From contig JBEIJY010000020.1 of NCBI GenBank assembly GCA_040380025.1, forward strand, positions 1 through 41,972: a stretch of 41,972 nt of DNA. The letters are read 5' to 3'. The notes beneath the pieces are model-generated. The model was given only the letters and a program-made list of their open reading frames with translations, ran no database searches and had not been told where the DNA came from. This DNA is from Bdellovibrionales bacterium (lineage in GTDB: Bacteria > Bdellovibrionota > UBA1018 > CAIMNF01). Both the position numbers and the translations under genes were made by a program. Of this stretch, positions 36,444 through 41,972 are shown one piece after another (position 1 is the stretch's first letter; each line of letters starts with the position of its first letter).

Positions 36444-36643
36444 CAAACTGGCCTCCTTGACTGCGCCTAATTTCAAAGCTCGAACGGCGAACTGCCCGAA
36501 ATAAAAATGGTTTTGCCTCCAAGCCGGGTCGTCCGGCCTCGCTTCCGCCATCCTGGCTCGCGAGAGTCGGCCAAACCATTTTTATTACGGGTACTTCGCT
36601 GTTCAAGCCTCCGTAATTAAGCGCAGTCAAGGAGGCCAGTTTG
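36444..36643 (-). repeat. PAL-5: ~200-bp palindromic element (core on minus strand)
   Basis: Arms 36444-36517 and 36569-36643 with terminus variant CAAACTGGCCTCCTTGACTGCGC on both arms; 51-nt core 36518-36568. Confidence 0.93.
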
Positions 36644-36644
36644 C

Positions 36645-36673
36645 TTGAAAAACCATACTCTTTCGTATAGATT
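36645..36673 (+). promoter_or_regulatory. Putative sigma-70 promoter of nfuA
   Basis: TTGAAA-17 nt-TAGATT immediately outside PAL-5. Confidence 0.5.
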
Positions 36674-36683
36674 CATCCAACCT

Positions 36684-37247
36684 ATGGAACATTCTGCCGT
36701 TTACGTCTCGCTCGAGTTCACCCCGAACCCCAACACCCTGAAGTATTCCGTGAACCGGAAGCTCCTCGACAAGGGCGCCGCAAATTTCACCAAAAAAGAG
36801 GACGCCGAGCAGCGCTCGCCCCTCGCATTCAAGCTCCTGCTCGTCGAGGGCATTGCCGGGGTCATGATCGGAAAAGACTTCGTGACCATCACCAAGACCG
36901 AAGACGGCGACTGGGACCACGTGCACAAGACGGCATCGGACACGATCGAGAAGCACCTGACGGCGGGTGAGGTAGTCGTGATCGAAGAGATTCTGAATCA
37001 GCTCACGAACCAGAACGCGAGCGAGATCGAGAAGCGGATCCAGAAGGTCCTGGACGACGAGATCCGTCCGGCGGTGGCGATGGACGGCGGAGACGTGACC
37101 CTGGACCGGTTCGAGGACGGGATCGCGTACCTGTATATGCAGGGATCATGCGCCGGGTGCCCGAGTGCGACGATGACCCTCAAGATGGGAATCGAGACGA
37201 AGCTGAAGGCGCAAGTGCCGGAAGTGATTGAAGTAGTTCAGATCTAG
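36684..37247 (+). CDS. nfuA: NifU/Nfu Fe-S cluster carrier
   Basis: Nfu_N (EFTPNPNTLKY) plus NifU-C (IRPAVAMDGGD, GSCAGCPS). Confidence 0.92.
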   Translation: MEHSAVYVSLEFTPNPNTLKYSVNRKLLDKGAANFTKKEDAEQRSPLAFKLLLVEGIAGVMIGKDFVTITKTEDGDWDHVHKTASDTIEKHLTAGEVVVIEEILNQLTNQNASEIEKRIQKVLDDEIRPAVAMDGGDVTLDRFEDGIAYLYMQGSCAGCPSATMTLKMGIETKLKAQVPEVIEVVQI

Positions 37248-37250
37248 CGC

Positions 37251-37446
37251 AAACTGCCTTACTTGATTGTGCAGAATTAAAAGAAGCACTTCGGCAAGTC
37301 CCTGAAAGTAGAATCATTCTTCTGGATCGGGAGCATGGCGAAAGATCGGCTGGGTCCGAATGTCGGACTTGATGGCAAAATCTTCCGTCCTTTTGCATGG
37401 TTCTCGCGTGCGATTTTTAACTCTGCACAATTGATTCAGGCAGTTT
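37251..37446 (+). repeat. PAL-6: degenerate palindromic element
   Basis: Termini AAACTGCCTTACTTGATTGTGCAGAATTAAAA and TTTTAACTCTGCACAATTGATTCAGGCAGTTT 196 bp apart; core relic ATGGCGAAAG...TCGGA. Confidence 0.8.
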
Positions 37447-38023
37447 AGAAGTCGAACCGGTTCAGCGACCCCTCGCCCACCGCCGGAGCTTTCCGCTCCT
37501 CCTCCGACGCGGGCCTTCTGTCCTTCATCTTGGGCTGCTTGGATTCACCCAAAACCGGAGCCGCGCTCTCGTTTCTCTCGTCGCCGTCCGGGTACCACTG
37601 GGTCGGAGCCGGGTCGAGCGTGAAGGGCTTCCAGTTTCCGCCGAGGAGCTGGTTCGAGAGGGCAATCTTGTCGAAGTCTTTTTCTTTCGGGTCCTGAAAC
37701 GCCTGGAGCGCCGGTTGGAACGGCACCCCGAGGATCGCGCGTCGGATCAGCGGCCTGGTTTTTTCGCCCAACCGGTAGCCGATCACCATGACCTTCTTGC
37801 CCTCGACGCGGTCATCGAGCTTGGCCGAGAGCCCCTTCAGCGACCCCTTCGGGTAAACGTGAATCTCGAGGTTCCCCTCCCATTCAATCACATCGACACG
37901 CTTGCCGGACGGGCCTTTTCCGTCGAGGCGGTCAAAAACCTCTTCTGCGAACACCGCAACCGAGGCCAGGATGCCGCTTGCGATTGCCGACAGGACGAGG
38001 AGCGTACGAAACGAGGGAATCAT
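37445..38023 (-). CDS. Secreted hypothetical protein
   Basis: Signal peptide ending AVFA; start uncertain (38023 or 38038); stop overlaps the PAL-6 end. Confidence 0.75.
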   Translation of the reverse strand: MIPSFRTLLVLSAIASGILASVAVFAEEVFDRLDGKGPSGKRVDVIEWEGNLEIHVYPKGSLKGLSAKLDDRVEGKKVMVIGYRLGEKTRPLIRRAILGVPFQPALQAFQDPKEKDFDKIALSNQLLGGNWKPFTLDPAPTQWYPDGDERNESAAPVLGESKQPKMKDRRPASEEERKAPAVGEGSLNRFDF

Positions 38024-38082
38024 GACGGAGGGTCTCATTACTGACACTATCGTCAAGGTTCCGGCGGAACTTGAGCCATTTT

Positions 38083-38284
38083 CAAACTGCCTCATTTGAT
38101 TGTGCATAGTAAGGGAGCGGGACTGGCAGAGGGCGTTGGAATGATTTCGTTTTTCTGTACGGGCCGGGTCGTCCCAGTTTCGCTCAGATCATCGTGGCGC
38201 ACGGAGGTCGGTAAAAACCAAATCATTCCAGTATCTTAATTTTCGCCGCTCGCATAATTATGCACAACCAAATCAGGCAGTTTG
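38083..38284 (-). repeat. PAL-7: partly degenerate palindromic element (core on minus strand)
   Basis: Termini CAAACTGCCTCATTTGATTGTGCATA and TATGCACAACCAAATCAGGCAGTTTG; inner GGAATGATTT/AAATCATTCC; core relic GCCGGGTCGTCC...GTCGG. Confidence 0.88.
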
Positions 38285-38320
38285 CGGGCATCCCCCCCTT
38301 CTGGTACCGTCCCCTCATCT

Positions 38321-40012
38321 ATGGCCAAACCAAAGTTCGCGTTTTCGATGACCCGCGTGTCTAAAATTTACCCCCCGAGCAAGACCGTGCTTCGGGACAT
38401 CTCGCTCTCGTTCTTTTACGGCGCGAAGATCGGCGTCCTCGGGCTGAACGGCGCCGGGAAGTCCACCCTCATGAAGGTCATCGCCGGCGAAGAAAAGAAC
38501 GTGAACGGCGAGGTTCTCCCCTCGGACGGAATCACCTTCGGCTACCTGAAGCAGGAGCCCGAGCTCGACAACACGAAGACTGTAAAAGAGATCGTGATGG
38601 AGGGAACCGGAGAACTCGGTCGCGATCTGAAGCGCTTTGAAGAGATCGGAATGAAGTTTGCCGATCCCGATCTCGATGCCGACGAGATGACAAAGCTCCT
38701 CGAGGAGCAGGCGGTGATTCAAGAACGGATCGAGGCGAAAGACGGCTGGGACATCGACCGCAAGCTCGAGGTCTCGATGGAGGCGCTTCGCTGTCCTTCC
38801 GGCGATACGCCGGTCAAGAACCTCTCGGGCGGGGAGCGGCGTCGGGTCGCCCTGTGCCGGCTTTTGATTCAGCGGCCGGATGTCTTGTTGCTCGACGAGC
38901 CCACCAACCATCTCGATGCCGAGTCGGTCGCATGGCTCGAGCAGTTTTTGCAAAAGTACGAAGGCACCGTGATCGCCGTGACCCACGATCGGTACTTTCT
39001 GGACAACGTCGCGGGCTGGATCCTCGAGCTCGACCGCGGTCACGGAATCCCCTGGGAAGGCAATTACTCGAGCTGGCTTGAGCAAAAGCAATCCCGCCTG
39101 ATCCAAGAAGAAAAAACCGAGTCCAAGCGCCAAAAGACCCTGGAGCGCGAGCTCGAGTGGATTCGCATGAGTCCGAAAGCGCGTCAGGCCAAGAGCAAGG
39201 CCCGCGTGAGCGCGTACGAGGCCCTGTTGAACGAGAGCCAGGGCGGCCGCCGAGAAGAAGAGATGGAGATCTTCATTCCCGCAGGACCGCGTCTTGGCTC
39301 GGTGGTGATCGAGGCCGAGAACCTCTCGAAGCGGTTTGGCGGAAAAGTCTTGTTCGAGAACCTGAACTTCAAGATCCCGCCCGGAAGCATCGTGGGCGTG
39401 ATCGGCGGGAACGGGGCCGGAAAATCGACCCTCTTCAAAATGCTGACCGGCAAAGAGACGCCCGATTCGGGCGCGATCCGTCTCGGCGACACGGTGAAGC
39501 TCGGGTATGTCGATCAGTCGCGCGACAGCCTGAACCCCGAGAACACTGTGTGGGAAGAGATCTCGGACGGAAAGAACGAGATGGTCCTACTTGGAAACCG
39601 CGAGGTTCCCTCGCGCTCGTACTGCTCGCGCTTTAACTTCACGGGATCGGATCAGCAAAAAAAGGTGGGGATTCTCTCGGGCGGGGAGCGGAACCGCGTG
39701 CATCTGGCGAAGATGCTGAAGTCGGGCGCGAACGTGCTCTTGCTCGATGAGCCGACCAATGACCTCGATGTGAACACCCTGCGCGCGCTCGAAGAGGCGC
39801 TTTCGAATTTTGCCGGAACCGCCATGGTGATCTCGCACGATCGCTGGTTCTTGAACCGGATCGCGACGCACATTCTGGCCTTCGAGGGAGACTCGAAGGT
39901 GGAGTTCTTCGAGGGGAATTTTGATGACTACGAGGAAGACAAGAAGCGTCGCCTCGGGGCTGAGGCCTTGATGCCGAAGCGAGTCCGGTACCGCGCGCTC
40001 GAGATGATTTGA
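38321..40012 (+). CDS. ettA: Energy-dependent translational throttle ABC-F ATPase
   Basis: ISLSFFYGAKIGVLGLNGAGKST, two ABC domains, linker ELEWIRMSPKARQAKSKAR. Confidence 0.96.
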   Translation: MAKPKFAFSMTRVSKIYPPSKTVLRDISLSFFYGAKIGVLGLNGAGKSTLMKVIAGEEKNVNGEVLPSDGITFGYLKQEPELDNTKTVKEIVMEGTGELGRDLKRFEEIGMKFADPDLDADEMTKLLEEQAVIQERIEAKDGWDIDRKLEVSMEALRCPSGDTPVKNLSGGERRRVALCRLLIQRPDVLLLDEPTNHLDAESVAWLEQFLQKYEGTVIAVTHDRYFLDNVAGWILELDRGHGIPWEGNYSSWLEQKQSRLIQEEKTESKRQKTLERELEWIRMSPKARQAKSKARVSAYEALLNESQGGRREEEMEIFIPAGPRLGSVVIEAENLSKRFGGKVLFENLNFKIPPGSIVGVIGGNGAGKSTLFKMLTGKETPDSGAIRLGDTVKLGYVDQSRDSLNPENTVWEEISDGKNEMVLLGNREVPSRSYCSRFNFTGSDQQKKVGILSGGERNRVHLAKMLKSGANVLLLDEPTNDLDVNTLRALEEALSNFAGTAMVISHDRWFLNRIATHILAFEGDSKVEFFEGNFDDYEEDKKRRLGAEALMPKRVRYRALEMI

Positions 40013-40058
40013 TTTCAGTGATGCTCATTTAGGTTTATAAATTCCAGCGATTCCCGTC

Positions 40059-40093
40059 ACGGCGGTTCGGAGGTTCTCCGGGCCGCCGTTTTT
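40059..40093 (+). terminator. Intrinsic terminator after ettA
   Basis: ACGGCGGTTCGGAG-GTT-CTCCGGGCCGCCGT stem with G-U pairs, followed by a T run. Confidence 0.75.
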
Positions 40094-40111
40094 GTTCGCG
40101 GTAACTGAAGG

Positions 40112-40140
40112 TTGACAAAACGTGTCAAAATCCTTATTTT
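40112..40140 (+). promoter_or_regulatory. Sigma-70 promoter with palindromic operator
   Basis: TTGACA-17 nt-TATTTT; the -35 is one arm of TTGACA-N5-TGTCAA. Confidence 0.55.
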
Positions 40141-40175
40141 CTCGCCCTGCCTGGAATTCCAGCGAAAGACTCTGT

Positions 40176-41468
40176 ATGAAACAAATTCAATTGACCTTGC
40201 TTTGTGTGATGCTCGCGCTCGTCGCCTGCTCGAAAGAAACCCGCGTTAAAAAGACCCAACAGGGTCAGACCGCCCCGGGGACCACAACCCCGCCGACGGG
40301 CCAAATCGATAAGCCCACTCCAAAACCCGGAGACGAAAACACGGATGGCTCCAATGGGTCTCCGACCGAAGGCGGCCCGATCAGCGCCACCATAATGAAA
40401 GAAATCGAACCGATTTCGGTGACCGATTCGAAAGAGCTTCCCTCCAAGATTATGGGGATCTCCCCCCCAAGGACTGAATTCAATGTGCCCTTTCGGACGA
40501 TGTATTCTCCGTCGGTTTCGGAAATCCAAAACGATGGGAGCAGTCTCGAATATGTCGTCGGAAACGCCGTTGCGGTTCGGGTGCGGATGCAAGTTCCGAA
40601 GGAAGAAGAACTCGCTTCGATCGGTTCGATGGTTTTGAAACTGAGCAACGTGACTCTGGTGACAAAAACTGGTCAAACTCAGGTTTCGGGTTTGCAAAAG
40701 ATTTGCGTCGTAGGAACGTCGCTCGAGTGCAAGGATCTCGACACCTCGAAATTCACACCGCTGAATTTGCCGCCGACGGCCCCGCACCAGGTCTCAAAAC
40801 AGGAGCAAGTCGAGGTAGACCTCCTGAAGGTATTCGACATCGATGCTAGCCCGAAAGGCGTGGCAACCTGGCTTCAGGAGCACTCAACCGAGTATCATTC
40901 CGACGGCTCCCGAAAAATGATCTTTGTGTTGAATGATCACTTGTACCCCGAAAGTGGAACATTCGAATTCGCGCACGGTTTACAACCGGGCGTGATGAGC
41001 GGGGAGATTGCAGAACCTGAAGGCGATGATGCGAACGGTTTTTTTGTTGAGCTGTTGTCGACGAACGCTCCTGCAATAGACCCCCCTAGTGGCGGCGACC
41101 CGGTTGCCGCCGCCCCGGCACCTCTCTCTGTGACCGTAAAGACAGCGCAAACGAAGAGGGGAAGCTTAATTCAAAGTTATAAGACCCAGGTCGAAAATGC
41201 AGCAAAGGCAATTTTCGACAAGATCAATGAAATCAGTAAAATCACCATCGACTGCAACTGTGCTCATTCAATGATCGGGATCGAGCCCGAGGTATCCGGG
41301 ATTTTGAAAGAGAAGGGCATCCCCACGGATAAGATCGTCTCGGGGAACACGACGCTTTCATGCGGGAGTGGTAAAGGGAACCTCACCCTTTCGATTGAAT
41401 TTGCTCCAGGGGCGACGGAGCAAACGAGGACGGATCTTGAGGCGGCACTACAATCAGCGCAACAGTAA
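40176..41468 (+). CDS. Lipoprotein, hypothetical
   Basis: MKQIQLTLLCVMLALVAC lipobox and T/P/G-rich linker; visibly more AT-rich than the flanking genes. Confidence 0.8.
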   Translation: MKQIQLTLLCVMLALVACSKETRVKKTQQGQTAPGTTTPPTGQIDKPTPKPGDENTDGSNGSPTEGGPISATIMKEIEPISVTDSKELPSKIMGISPPRTEFNVPFRTMYSPSVSEIQNDGSSLEYVVGNAVAVRVRMQVPKEEELASIGSMVLKLSNVTLVTKTGQTQVSGLQKICVVGTSLECKDLDTSKFTPLNLPPTAPHQVSKQEQVEVDLLKVFDIDASPKGVATWLQEHSTEYHSDGSRKMIFVLNDHLYPESGTFEFAHGLQPGVMSGEIAEPEGDDANGFFVELLSTNAPAIDPPSGGDPVAAAPAPLSVTVKTAQTKRGSLIQSYKTQVENAAKAIFDKINEISKITIDCNCAHSMIGIEPEVSGILKEKGIPTDKIVSGNTTLSCGSGKGNLTLSIEFAPGATEQTRTDLEAALQSAQQ

Positions 41469-41481
41469 GGCGCGGTTTTCT

Positions 41482-41683
41482 CAAACTGCCCCCTTTCATT
41501 GTGCTTGATGGGGCAGTGGGATGAGGAGAAGGGATTGGGATGATTCGGTTTTCCCCGACTCTCGCGAGGCAGGATTGCCGACAGCGAGGCCGCAGGACGC
41601 GGTTCGGAGGAGAAAATCGAATTATTCCAATCCCTTATCTTCATCCCTCGGCACAAAAAAGCACAGGCAAAGGGGGCAGTTTG
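41482..41683 (+). repeat. PAL-8: ~200-bp palindromic element
   Basis: Arms 41482-41556 and 41609-41683 around the 52-nt core GACTCTCGCGAGGCAGGATTGCCGACAGCGAGGCCGCAGGACGCGGTTCGGA. Confidence 0.93.
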
Positions 41684-41843
41684 TGCCCCGCAGGCAAGGG
41701 GGGCCAGGAGAACTGAAAATATTGTTGACTTGTTGCGTCAGGCTTGGTGCTATCCACCGAAGTTTTGATTTCGGGAATTCATGCGGCGCGTAGGTATTCA
41801 GGGTACGTGAAACCAAACCCCCGAAGTTCGGAGTAGCAGAAGT

Positions 41844-41972
41844 ATGAAGTACAATTGGATTGTTGTGTGTGGGGCTTGCCCTTGGTGCTTGCGGAAAAAG
41901 TATTCGGGCGAATCAGAATGCCCAAGGATTGTCTCGGGGTACCGATGCCCCTGCGGATCAGAAACCCGGCGA
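41844..41972 (+). pseudogene. 5' end of a probable lipoprotein gene with an apparent 1-nt frameshift (runs off the window)
   Basis: The ATG frame gives MKYNWIVVCG; the lipobox LALGAC-GKS continues in the +1 frame after a G4 run. Confidence 0.4.

Noticed and set aside
5691..36504. Long antisense ORFs (e.g. 5691..7286, 14285..15598, 30911..32443, 32491..33837, 34972..36504)
   Set aside because: These are shadow ORFs opposite well-supported genes in GC-rich DNA and show no recognisable motifs.
34822..38284. CRISPR array
   Set aside because: Repeats are long, dispersed and separated by whole genes; there are no short regular spacers and no cas genes.
40020..40095. Riboswitch upstream of the lipoprotein gene
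   Set aside because: No aptamer consensus was recognised; the hairpin is explained as the ettA terminator and a separate promoter lies downstream.
976..41683. PALs as integron attC sites (AAC...GTT ends, gene-repeat-gene layout)
   Set aside because: About 200 bp is longer than typical attC sites, the ends do not consistently fit RYYYAAC/GTTRRRY, flanked genes are housekeeping and in both orientations, and no integrase is visible.

Overview
A GC-rich bacterial chromosomal segment, probably Bdellovibrionota/Oligoflexia-like (inferred from gene content, not proven). It carries about 36 mostly housekeeping or envelope CDSs: a HigBA-type toxin-antitoxin pair, a FliG C-terminal paralogue, a polysaccharide deacetylase, clsB-ybhP-pgeF, pepF, a DODA dioxygenase, aat, a thiolase, tolQRAB, ftsEX-envC-ctpA-xseA, a MurQ/GKRP-like SIS protein, tal, lysS, ugd-uxs, manC, nfuA, ettA and several secreted hypotheticals. 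The most striking unexplained signal is non-coding: eight copies, plus one eroded copy, of a ~200-bp intergenic palindromic element (called PAL here). Each well-preserved copy has ~73-bp self-complementary arms with a shared terminus (AACTGCCCCCTTTGAnTGTGC) around a conserved asymmetric 51-53-nt core that folds into a branched junction with compensatory changes. Arms differ strongly between copies yet stay complementary within each copy. The same terminus occurs 38 nt after the stop of a truncated transposase-like ORF at the left window edge, suggesting an autonomous partner. No rRNA, tRNA or CRISPR array was seen.
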